Positions 24,853-35,722 of a DNA stretch of 64,000 nucleotides are shown in pieces. The position numbers and the translations under genes were made by a program. The notes beneath the pieces are model-generated. The model was not told the origin of the DNA. It made no database searches and saw only the letters and a program-made list of their open reading frames with translations. How positions within the stretch are numbered: the stretch's first letter is position 1; the number at the start of each line of letters is the position of its first letter. This DNA is from Haliotis cracherodii (lineage: Eukaryota), in the NCBI RefSeq assembly GCF_022045235.1, contig NW_027266330.1, positions 31,620,001-31,684,000 of the forward strand, written 5' to 3'.

Positions 24853-26729
24853 GAGAAATCACAAGTCCCATCCACATCAACTAGTGCTGCATTTACCTTG
24901 TTATTCATTTTTTGTTATTGTACACAAATGTTGCCTGACAGTGTGCAAAGGGCATTCTATTATATTGTAAACCACATTTGTTTGTTGATGAATATGCTGA
25001 GGAAATAAATAATGAAGTCGATATTATAATCTTGATCATTTGCTGACACGCTCACGACATCTTGAAGACATCATTCGTATAGAAAGTTTGTGAGAGAGAG
25101 AGAGAGAAAAGGTTAATTTGAGATGGTATCTCACAATACCAAGCCTTCGATCATTTTACTTGGTTCTGAGTATGGCAATCATTCGAAGATATCGTCCTTA
25201 ATCTATTCTTTGAAATAGGAAAAGATACAGACTAATCAATTGAAATGAAACACGTTAGGTATTGATGGAGAAGAGATTCCAATGTAATGGTTGCACCATA
25301 ACATTATATACAGTTTGGAGCGTAGCAATTCGTTTGCCCGTATCCATGCCGATCCTATAGCAAAAGGATTTAGACAGACGAACCACAACCCCATATGATA
25401 TTCATCTGAGAGAGATATATGCCAGGTGGAATTTCATTTTATCAGAGCATTTAATTGTTTCTCTTTCCTTTTGAAATGTACATGCCCAAGTGCTTAAGGA
25501 GAGAGTCATACATGTTAAAAAGTGTCAATGCATACAGCATGCAAAACAAAAGGAAATTGAAACATTGACATCAACACAGGCCAAATAACATTTTTGATCC
25601 AAGTCAGCACTTGATGAATACTATTCCCCTGAAAGCACTAAAAAGTAAAGATCAGAATATCCTGACATGAAACAGTGGGCATCTTTCAAAAACAATGCTA
25701 ACAACGTGCTTATGTATATCTAGCAACATACTCCAATTTCCATCATGTGCTTTAACAGCATTCTGTATTCAAAGATATAAATCATGACACCGTGCTTTGT
25801 AATTCTCCCCAAAACATGACAGTTATACACTGAAGATGATGTCTCTAGATCATTTAACATACATAAACTTTATTGTACATGCCTATTTATTTATTTATAT
25901 AGTAACCTTTTAAGTACCCGACGTCCACCCAAAAGCTTCTAAGATGGTAAATATCCAGATACTTAAGCCAAATGAGCTGCTTCAATTATACCATGATGAT
26001 GGTATTCATCAAAAATAGTATTTGAAATGCTTCAAAACATACGTGCTGTATTTCGATCATGTAAGACGGGTTGGGAAAATGGTCAGATTAACATAGCATT
26101 TACGACCTCAAACAGATGTGTACAATAAGTTCCAGATTTGACTGTACATGTCTTCACTTTGCCTTTGCCTACCTGATTAAGGATTTTTTAGGATTGTGGA
26201 CATGTTTTTCTCGGGGTTTTTAATTGAAACTAAACGTTCAGAGAAGCATCAGACGATTTCCAAGCTGATAGAAGTTTCTGTGACTTGGTTTCTGTGGAAG
26301 CGAAAGTAACCACATCGGATTTTTAAGTAACACAATGTACTGCACCGTTTGATCAATCCCGATTTAATCAATTAACAATGATTGATAATCCCTGGAGATA
26401 ACAGGACTAGATTGGTTGAACTCTTCTCAGACCTCTCCCTTTATACGGAAACTTGTTTTGACAAGAAGTTGTTTGGTTTCTCAAGTGGACAGTGAGATTC
26501 CTTTCGGATCAAAGCCTAATGAAGTTGTAGTGTAGCTTTGATCTCGCCACTGGCTTCGAAAATGCTCTCTTTGATCTATAAATCTCTACTACTATGTTTA
26601 TACTAAGGGTCAGTATAAATGTTTTGCACGGACTGGAGTCCACCAAGTAAAAACAACAAACCAACTCACCTCCCCAAAACCACCACCACTCACCACAACA
26701 CACGCTCTCCAACACAACACCCAAACAAT

Positions 26730-28355
26730 ATGACTGACACCCGCAACGCCACACTCGCAGACATTCCAGCTCCTTACTCACCCACGCCTGCGGAAGCGCA
26801 CAACACTTCTGGGAGGTCACTCGAAAACATCGTCCCGACCGAGTATGGCGAAAACACGACATACACCACCCCAACCAAACCAGCTAACTCGCCACCACAA
26901 AACACCAAAAAACGCAAACTCGACACATCCACTCCACCTCCATCGCCAACACCCTCCCCGGCCGCCTTCCTCACCACCTTCGCCCTCTACTTCTTCTCAG
27001 CAGGCTCAGGCACCACTCTCTCACTAGAACTTTCGGCAGACAAAATAGGACTTTGGTTCAAAAGACAAAAAATAAATTACAACAATATTAAAAAAGCCAA
27101 CAAAGGATACCAGATAATCTTTCCTAACCGAGAATCTTACAACGCAGCAAATAAAATAACTCAAATATTCCACGTCACGGTAATCAAACAAACACCTAAT
27201 TGGCAACAATATACACGAGGCGTAATAAGGGTTAACCCAAGGGAAACAACTGAGGACTTACAATTATACTCTCTAGAAGCTAACATAAACCAAGACCAAA
27301 ACCCTCAACCCCTAATCACCAGCACGCGCAGAATAACCTCAACTAGAAACGGAAAAACGGTCCCAACCTCCATTGTCATAATCAACTTTAAAAAAAACGC
27401 TAAATTCCCTGAAGCCCCCAAACACATATCCTTCGGAGCCCACACAAACTTAGAAGTCAAACCCTATATAAAGCAGGTTAAGCAATGTTCAAAGTGCCTC
27501 AAATACAACCACACTGCTTCCCAATGCACCTACCCTAAAACTAAATGTAAAAAATGCGCACAAACAGACTGCCCAGGCACATGCACACCCTGGTGCATCC
27601 ACTGCAAATCCACCCAACACACTTCACTTTCAAACCAATGCCCACACAGACACACACTCACCCAGCAGGCCAACAAACACATAAACATAGAAACGGCTAA
27701 AATCCAAACACGAAAATTTGCTACACCTGCATCTAAACCACTCCTCCCTACACCACACCCAAACACCATCCCACAAACAAACACCACACCCATAACCGAC
27801 AGCTCTGTCTGGGACCCCTACCGAGAAACCGCACCCACCTCACACACACAAGCAGCCACTCAACCAACCACGAACCCTCCCAAAACATCAACCCCCGCAT
27901 GCAAAACAAACCTCAAAATGACCACCACAACACGACCCTCATCCAAGCACCCTACAGCCCATATGGCAACAACGCTCTCCCACAAGCAAGCACAACAACA
28001 AAACACAAACACTAAGAAAACATCAGCTACACCCATCCCGCCAACACCTTCACAACCCTCCACATCACATGCCTCCCCCATGGAAACTCAACCAGCTAAA
28101 CCTAATCCAACCCATGACGAAGATTTCTCCACTACTGAGGAAACAATAGACACTACTCCAACTAAAACAAACCAAACTTCCCAACCAGCCAACACCCCAA
28201 ACCTAAATAACCTCACCTTACTCCTAGCATATATGCATAGTCAAAACTCACCAAAAGCTAGTATGGAATCCTTCCACAAAGTAGCTTTCAATCTAAAATT
28301 AACCGATCTTCCCTTCTTCCTCTTTAACCTCCATCTAAAAGAACTCACCGAATAA
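26730..28355 (+). CDS. LINE ORF1 gag-like nucleic-acid-binding protein, 541 aa
   Basis: First ATG inside the element (MTDTRN...). Knuckles CSKCLKYNHTASQC, CKKCAQTDCPGTC, CIHCKSTQHTSLSNQC; KKRK NLS-like patch; P/T-rich linker. Confidence 0.88.
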   Translation: MTDTRNATLADIPAPYSPTPAEAHNTSGRSLENIVPTEYGENTTYTTPTKPANSPPQNTKKRKLDTSTPPPSPTPSPAAFLTTFALYFFSAGSGTTLSLELSADKIGLWFKRQKINYNNIKKANKGYQIIFPNRESYNAANKITQIFHVTVIKQTPNWQQYTRGVIRVNPRETTEDLQLYSLEANINQDQNPQPLITSTRRITSTRNGKTVPTSIVIINFKKNAKFPEAPKHISFGAHTNLEVKPYIKQVKQCSKCLKYNHTASQCTYPKTKCKKCAQTDCPGTCTPWCIHCKSTQHTSLSNQCPHRHTLTQQANKHINIETAKIQTRKFATPASKPLLPTPHPNTIPQTNTTPITDSSVWDPYRETAPTSHTQAATQPTTNPPKTSTPACKTNLKMTTTTRPSSKHPTAHMATTLSHKQAQQQNTNTKKTSATPIPPTPSQPSTSHASPMETQPAKPNPTHDEDFSTTEETIDTTPTKTNQTSQPANTPNLNNLTLLLAYMHSQNSPKASMESFHKVAFNLKLTDLPFFLFNLHLKELTE

Positions 28356-28374
28356 AATAAAAACTAAAAACTAA

Positions 28375-31300
28375 ATCACCAATCACCCGAACCCAATATT
28401 CGAAGGACTAAATATTTTTCAGTGGAACGCCAATGGACTCACCTCCCACGGCCATGAACTAAAAACTAAATTTAAACTAAATAAAGGCCCTCACATTGCT
28501 TGTATACAGGAAACCAAATTCTCAAAAAAATCGAAATTCACACTACCTAACTACAACTCAGTTAGAACTGACAGAGCTAAACCGAAAACAAGAAGAGCCG
28601 CAGGAGGACTAATCATATTTATCAGGGAAGATATAAATTACGAAGAAATAAAAATAGACACGCCAAACCTAGAAGCCAACGGCATTAAAATCACATTAAA
28701 TAACCGAAACATAAACATCATAAATATTTACCACTGGGCGGAACAAAAAGTCCAACCTGAGGATCTAAACAAACTACTCAAAATAAGCGATAAATCTACT
28801 ATATTCCTAGGAGACTTTAACGCTCACCATCCTACATGGAGCATAGATGATAAAATAGATACTCATGGCAAATTAATCTCCGAATGGATAGAAACAAACG
28901 ACCTAGTACTCCTTAATAGCAACCAACCCACGAGGTACGATAAGATAAACCAAAAAATGTCGGCTATCGACCTAACCATATGCACCGCAGATCTAGCCCA
29001 AAGCACTCAATGGGAAGTGCACGACGTCCCGCTAGGTAGCGACCACTTCCCCATAAACATAACCATAGGAAATACAAACGTACCAATCCAAACAGAAAAC
29101 CAAGAACCAAAATTCCATTACAACAAAGCTAACTGGGACCAATTCCAAGATATCTGCAACGAAGCTAACTTAAACGAAATAGAAAATAATGATCCAGAAA
29201 CCTATTGTAAAAACCTAACAGACTATATAATAAACGCAGCCAAAACCTCCATCCCCTTCAAAGTATCTAAGACAGGCAAACCGACGGTACCATGGTGGAA
29301 TGAGGAAATAGAACAGATTAGACGAAAACGTAAATCAGCCTTCAATAAAGCAAAACGCGACTACAAATATTTAAACATAGCCCACGAACTAAACCACCAG
29401 GTTCAAAAACTAGTCCAAATAGCCAAAAGTAGAGACTGGAAAAAATTCTGCGAAGGTATAAATAACCGTACAGATGCCAGAACGGTCTGGCGCAAAATCC
29501 ACGCCATTAGAGGCTTAAAACGACATAAAAAAAACCCTAACATTAACAACTCAACCAACCCCGCCCAAAAAGCAAATAATCTCGCCAACCACTTTTCGGC
29601 CGTTAGCAGTAACAGCAACTTCAGCCAAAAATTCCAAGATAAACTTAAAACAGAAAACAAACCCACAAAAGAACCAAACAATAACAATCTAGAAATAAAT
29701 CAACCCTACACAATGGAGGAGCTCCTCTACGTAATCCAAAACAGGAAAAAGGGCACAGCCCCAGGATTAGACCTAACCTCTTACCAAATAATTAAAAAAC
29801 TCCCCCTAAAACTGCTCCAGGCACTACTCAAACTATACAATCTCATCTACCTAAACGGACAGGTTCCTACACCCTGGAAACAGGCCCTAGTCATACCAAT
29901 CCCTAAACCTAATAAACCAGCTAATCAAGCTAACTCATATAGACCAATATCCCTAACTTCAAACTTATGTAAAGTAATGGAATCAATGGCTAAAAATAGA
30001 TTACAACATTACTTAACCCAAAATAACACCATAAACCCAGATCAAAGCGGTTTCACTCCTGGCCGCTCAACCCTAGATAACCTCGCCCGACTAGAACAAG
30101 ATATTAAGACAGGACAACTAAATAAACAATATACCACAGGCATCTTCTTAGACTTCTCTAAAGCTTTCGACATGGTATGGCACGATGGGCTAATACGAAA
30201 ACTTAAAAAAATAGGACTCAAAGGTCAGATAATAAACTACATCCAGGACTACCTAAACAATCGTAAAATAACCGTGTGTATAGACCAAACTCTATCGGAC
30301 CAATGTCCCCTAGAAAATGGCACTCCACAGGGCAGTATCCTCAGCCCCACCCTCTTCAATATAATGATAAACGATCTATTCGAGGGTCTATCCCCTAAAG
30401 TAAACACATCAAAATTCGCGGATGATGGAGCCATCTGGATCCGCACTAAAAGCATGAAAATGGCCACAAATCTACTCCAAAAATCTCTTAATAAAATACA
30501 ACAATGGGCTGACAAATGGGGCTTCTCCCTTAACTCAGAAAAAACAACAGGAATAGTATTCAAACATAAAAACATGAAACCCGCCTCCCCAATCCTCCAG
30601 CTAAACAACCAAACAATCAAATTTCAAAAACAAACCAAATTCTTAGGACTTATTTTCGATGAACATCTCACCTGGGATGCTCACATCCAAAACCTAACAA
30701 CTAAATGCAGTAAAGACCTAAACACCCTAAGATGCCTAACTGGCTCTAACTGGGGAGCCTCCAAAGATAATCTCCTCTCTCTCTACATATCCCTAATTAG
30801 ATCAAAACTAGACTACGGCTGCGCCATATACAACACCCTAAACAACTCTCTATCCAAAAAACTTGACTCAATACAATATCAGGCTCTCAAACTCATTACA
30901 CGCACCCAACATGGCACCTCCTACACCTCACTTCAGGCCTTAACAGGAGAAATGCCACTAAGTCTACGCAGGGAACAGCTAAGCTTAAATTTCTGGGCCG
31001 CGTCCCAATCAAACCCTCTCATCCAAAACTTAATAAACCAAAACATCAGCCCTAAAAACCAAGCTCTAGCTCGTAAACACCCCTTACTTACCCCAATATC
31101 CCAAAGAATAACAAACTACCTAAATGAACACCAAATTAAAAATCTTAAACAAAACTGCAAACAATCAAATATCTTCACCCCTAAACTTAAAATACCCAAA
31201 ATAGACACAACACTAGCTAGCCAAATAAATAAACAAACCGACCCAAACATAGCTAAAACTACCACACTAGCATACATACACAAAAATTGGCCAAATTGGT

Positions 31301-32157
31301 GTCACATTTACACGGACGGATCCTCAGATCCGACCTCCAAACACACGGGTTTCGGAGTCCATACCACACAACCAACTAAAACCACACAATCCTTCCGACT
31401 CCCAAATAACCAATCAATATTCACGGCCGAACTAATGGGCATGGCCTCAGCCCTCCACAATCAAGAATCCAAAAACAACCAAAAAATCCTAATACTTACT
31501 GACTCCCTAAGTGGACTACAAGCCCTCCAAAACAAAAATACTAAAAACCGACCTAAATTAATAAATCAAATACTTAAAAGCTCCAACGACCTAACAAAAG
31601 CAGGCAAACAAATAACCTTCTTGTGGATACCCGCCCACGTAGGAATATACGGTAATGAAAACGCCGATAAAGCAGCTAAACTATCCCTTAAAATCCCAGA
31701 AATAAGCTTAAACTTACCCATCTCAAAATCAGAAATTAAAAGTGTAAACAAACAAAAAATCACAAAAAAATGGCATAACCTATATCTAAACTCAAATAGC
31801 AAAATCAAAAGAGTGCTCAGCAAACCACTAACCAAACCAAAAATTCTCCATCCATCAAAAAAAATCGACAGAGTAATCACTAAACTCCAAACAGGACACA
31901 CCAACCTAAATAACCACCTAAAAAAATTTAAAAAACACACTACAGGTAACTGCCCACACTGCAAACAACCAGAAACCCCAGAACACGCACTCATCCACTG
32001 CACACACTACCTAACACATCGAACCGCATTACAAACCACCCTCAATCTAAACAAGGCTCTCACTCTAGAAGCAATACTAAACCCACAAAATAATCTAGAA
32101 AACTTCAAGGCCTTAGGCGTATTCTTAATAAAAACGGAACTAATAAAACGCATCTAA
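28375..32157 (+). CDS. LINE ORF2 (APE-RT-RNaseH-CCHC), intact; no ATG until 28957
   Basis: Same as A1 ORF2 at offset 26096. The EN domain starts FEGLNIFQWN at 28399. Confidence 0.93.
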   Translation: MTNHPNPIFEGLNIFQWNANGLTSHGHELKTKFKLNKGPHIACIQETKFSKKSKFTLPNYNSVRTDRAKPKTRRAAGGLIIFIREDINYEEIKIDTPNLEANGIKITLNNRNINIINIYHWAEQKVQPEDLNKLLKISDKSTIFLGDFNAHHPTWSIDDKIDTHGKLISEWIETNDLVLLNSNQPTRYDKINQKMSAIDLTICTADLAQSTQWEVHDVPLGSDHFPINITIGNTNVPIQTENQEPKFHYNKANWDQFQDICNEANLNEIENNDPETYCKNLTDYIINAAKTSIPFKVSKTGKPTVPWWNEEIEQIRRKRKSAFNKAKRDYKYLNIAHELNHQVQKLVQIAKSRDWKKFCEGINNRTDARTVWRKIHAIRGLKRHKKNPNINNSTNPAQKANNLANHFSAVSSNSNFSQKFQDKLKTENKPTKEPNNNNLEINQPYTMEELLYVIQNRKKGTAPGLDLTSYQIIKKLPLKLLQALLKLYNLIYLNGQVPTPWKQALVIPIPKPNKPANQANSYRPISLTSNLCKVMESMAKNRLQHYLTQNNTINPDQSGFTPGRSTLDNLARLEQDIKTGQLNKQYTTGIFLDFSKAFDMVWHDGLIRKLKKIGLKGQIINYIQDYLNNRKITVCIDQTLSDQCPLENGTPQGSILSPTLFNIMINDLFEGLSPKVNTSKFADDGAIWIRTKSMKMATNLLQKSLNKIQQWADKWGFSLNSEKTTGIVFKHKNMKPASPILQLNNQTIKFQKQTKFLGLIFDEHLTWDAHIQNLTTKCSKDLNTLRCLTGSNWGASKDNLLSLYISLIRSKLDYGCAIYNTLNNSLSKKLDSIQYQALKLITRTQHGTSYTSLQALTGEMPLSLRREQLSLNFWAASQSNPLIQNLINQNISPKNQALARKHPLLTPISQRITNYLNEHQIKNLKQNCKQSNIFTPKLKIPKIDTTLASQINKQTDPNIAKTTTLAYIHKNWPNWCHIYTDGSSDPTSKHTGFGVHTTQPTKTTQSFRLPNNQSIFTAELMGMASALHNQESKNNQKILILTDSLSGLQALQNKNTKNRPKLINQILKSSNDLTKAGKQITFLWIPAHVGIYGNENADKAAKLSLKIPEISLNLPISKSEIKSVNKQKITKKWHNLYLNSNSKIKRVLSKPLTKPKILHPSKKIDRVITKLQTGHTNLNNHLKKFKKHTTGNCPHCKQPETPEHALIHCTHYLTHRTALQTTLNLNKALTLEAILNPQNNLENFKALGVFLIKTELIKRI

Positions 32158-32564
32158 AACCATAATAACCTACCAAATCAAAATCACATAAACAAACAAT
32201 CATCCACCATACCCAGCTCCCTTAGTTCTCCTCCCCAACCCCATCAGCATCTATTCCAAATCTCAAAATTCCCAAATTCTATATAAGCAACCCCTAAAGC
32301 CCCCTCTTGGGTTGCACAGACCACCCTCGCCCCTTTCGGAAACACATTCAATGGCCTGGCCGGGCCCGTGTGCGAAATACGCATCAGTCGGAAAGCGCAC
32401 GTTAAATCTCCAAAGTAAGTAAAAGTAAGTAAGGAGTCCTTCACTGCATCTCAATCCGTGAGAACGAACACATCTACTTTCCAATTATCTAAATTTGGCG
32501 CTACTGAATTCCTGTAGTATTACATCCGACTGCATTCTAGTGTTGTGTCCGAAGGCCCTAGAAA

Positions 32565-33186
32565 ATGGATCCAGTTCAAGTTGCCATCAAGCTGAGACGA
32601 CTCCTTATTGCCCACGACAATGCAGTGAAAGAGATCCTGACATTAGGTAAATATGAACTGTGCTCTTTTTCAGTCCCCTGCAAACATTGCAATATCGGTA
32701 TCACACTGAATTTTAGAATTGAACAAAATAAAATGATATTGTTGTGAACACATTTACCGAGATTTCTAATTACCCGTTTTATTGTTTTCAGATACCCAAG
32801 TCTACCATCTGATGCGGAAGATGACAGGCAACTCCTCCAACAACTGCATAATCCGAGGTGAACAGCTGATCCAGAGACGATGGGTGCTGGAAGGTGTCAA
32901 GGAGATGTTTACCATCTACAGACAACTCAAGTGGCAAGAGGTGCAAGCCTGTGTAAACGCCATCACCAAAGATGCTTCTGGAGAGAGTGATTCGGAGGCG
33001 GACTGGAATGGAGATACCTCTTTCAATGACGATGAAGCTTCCTTCACGGAACTCTTGTCCGACAGCTCATATAGTGAGGACGACGAAGACCAGGGAGACC
33101 TATACAGCAACGACAGCAGCTACGATATGACGACTCTCAGTCGAGCTTTGTCTGTAGACGACAGTGCACTTCATAGAAACGCCTAA
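32565..33186 (+). CDS. Array gene copy, A40G variant, intact ORF but separated from its promoter by LINE A2 (intron 32647-32791)
   Basis: Same structure; MTGNSS. Confidence 0.8.
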
Positions 33187-35100
33187 GAGAAATCACAAGT
33201 CCCATCCACATCAACTAGTGCTGCATTTACCTTGTTATTCATTTTTTGTTATTGTACACAAATGTTGCCTGACAGTGTGCAAAGGGCATCCTATTATATT
33301 GTAAACCACATTTGTTTGTTGATGAATATGCTGAGGAAATAAATAATGAAGTCGATATTATAATCTTGATCATTTGCTGACACGCTCACGACATCTTGAA
33401 GACATCATTCGTATAGAAAGTTTGTGAGAGAGAGAGAGAGAAAAGGTTAATTTGAGATGGTATCTCACAATACCAAGCCTTCGATCATTTTACTTGGTTC
33501 TGAGTATGGCAATCATTCGCAGATATCGTCCTTAATCTATTCTTTGAAATAGGAAAAGATACAGACTAATCAATTGAAATGAAACACGTTAGGTATTGAT
33601 GGAGAAGAGATTCCAATGTAATGGTTGCACCATAACATTATATACAGTTTGGAGCGTTGCAATTCGTTTGCCCGTATCCATGCCGATCCTATAGCAAAAG
33701 GATTTAGACAGACGAACCACAACCCCATATGATATTCATCTGAGAGAGATATATGCCAGGTGGAATTTCATTTTATCAGAGCATTTAATTGTTTCTCTTT
33801 CCTTTTGAAATGTACATGCCCAAGTGCTTAAGGAGAGAGTCATACATGTTAAAAAGTGTCAATGCATACAGCATGCAAAACAAAAGGAAATTGAAACATT
33901 GACATCAACACAGGCCAAATAACATTTTTGATCCAAGTCAGCACTTGATGAATACTATTCCCCTGAAAGCACTAAAAAGTAAAGATCAGAATATCCTGAC
34001 ATGAAACAGTGGGCATCTTTCAAAAACAATGCTAACAACGTGCTTATGTATATCTAGCAACATACTCCAATTTCCATCATGTGCTTTAACAGCATTCTGT
34101 ATTCAAAGATATAAATCATGACACCGTACTTTGTAATTCTCCCCAAAACATGACAGTTATACACTGAAGATGATGTCTCTAGATCATTTAACATACATAA
34201 ACTTTATTGTACATGCCTATTTATTTATTTATATAGTAACCTTTTAAGTACCCGACGTCCACCCAAAAGCTTCTAAGATGGTAAATATCCAGATACTTAA
34301 GCCAAATGAGCTGCTTCAATTATACCATGATGATGGTATTCATCAAAAATAGTATTTGAAATGCTTCAAAACATACGTGCTGTATTTCGATCATGTAAGA
34401 CGGGTTGGGAAAATGCTCAGATTAACATAGCATTTACGACCTCAAACAGATGTGTACAATAAGTTCCAGATTTGACTGTACATGTCTTCACTTTGCCTTT
34501 GCCTACCTGATTAAGGATTTTTTAGGATTGTGGACATGGTTTTCTCGGGGTTTTTAATTGAAACTAAACGTTCAGAGAAGCATCAGACGATTTCCAAGCT
34601 GATAGAAGTTTCTGTGACTTGGTTTCTGTGGAAGCGAAAGTAACCACATCGGATTTTTAAGTAACACAATGTACTGCACCGTTTGATCAATCCCGATTTA
34701 ATCAATTAACAATGATTGATAATCCCTGGAGATAACAGGACTAGATTGGTTGAACTCTTCTCAGACCTCTCCCTTTATACGGAAACTTGTTTTGACAAGA
34801 AGTTGATTGGTTTCTCAAGTGGACAGTGAGATTCCTTTCGGATCAAAGCCTAATGAAGTTGTAGTGTAGCTTTGATCTCGCCACTGGCTTCGAAAATGCT
34901 CTCTTTGATCTATAAATCTCTACTACTATGTTTATACTAAGGGTCAGTATAAATGTTTTGCACGGACTGGAGTCCTTCACTGCATCTCAATCCGTGAGAA
35001 CGAACACATCTACTTTCCAATTATCTAAATTTGGCGCTACTGAATTCCTGTAGTATTACATCCGACTGCATTCTAGTGTTGTGTCCGAAGGCCCTAGAAC

Positions 35101-35722
35101 ATGGATCCAGTTCAAGTTGCCATCAAGCTGAGACGACTCCTTATTGCCCACGACAATGCAGTGAAAGAGATCCTGACATTAGGTAAATATGAACTGTGCT
35201 TTTTTTCAGTCCCCTGCAAACATTGCAATATCGGTATCACACTGAATTTTAGAATTGAACAAAATAAAATGATATTGTTGTGAACACATTTACCGAGATT
35301 TCTAATTACCCGTTTTATTGTTTTCAGATACCCAAGTCTACCATCTGATGCGGAAGATGACAGCCAACTCCTCCAACAACTGCATAATCCGAGGTGAACA
35401 GCTGATCCAGAGACGATGGGTGCTGGAAGGTGTCAAGGAGATGTTTACCATCTACAGACAACTCAAGTGGCAAGAGGTGCAAGCCTGTGTAAACGCCATC
35501 ACCAAAGATGCTTCTGGAGAGAGTGATTCGGAGGCGGACTGGAATGGAGATACCTCTTTCAATGACGATGAAGCTTCCTTCACGGAACTCTTGTCCGACA
35601 GCTCATATAGTGAGGACGACGAAGACCAGGGAGACCTATACAGCAACGACAGCAGCTACGATATGACGACTCTCAGTCGAGCTTTGTCTGTAGACGACAG
35701 TGCACTTCATAGAAACGCCTAA
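35101..35722 (+). CDS. Array gene copy, 158 aa (intron 35183-35327)
   Basis: Same structure as the 9008 copy. Confidence 0.88.

Larger units (their letters stand above)
26642..32432 (+). mobile_element. I-group non-LTR retrotransposon, subfamily A, copy A2, coding-complete (short 88-nt 5' leader)
   Basis: Complete ORF1 and ORF2; tail AAGTAAGTAAAAGTAAGTAA; TSD GGAGTCC at 26635-26641 and 32433-32439. Confidence 0.96.

Noticed and set aside
26619-26729. 578-aa ORF starting at a host ATG (apparent host-LINE fusion protein); likewise 1915..2259 and 59747..59130
   Set aside because: These start codons lie in host promoter DNA, upstream of the inferred TSS or antisense. They are chance in-frame extensions of ORF1.
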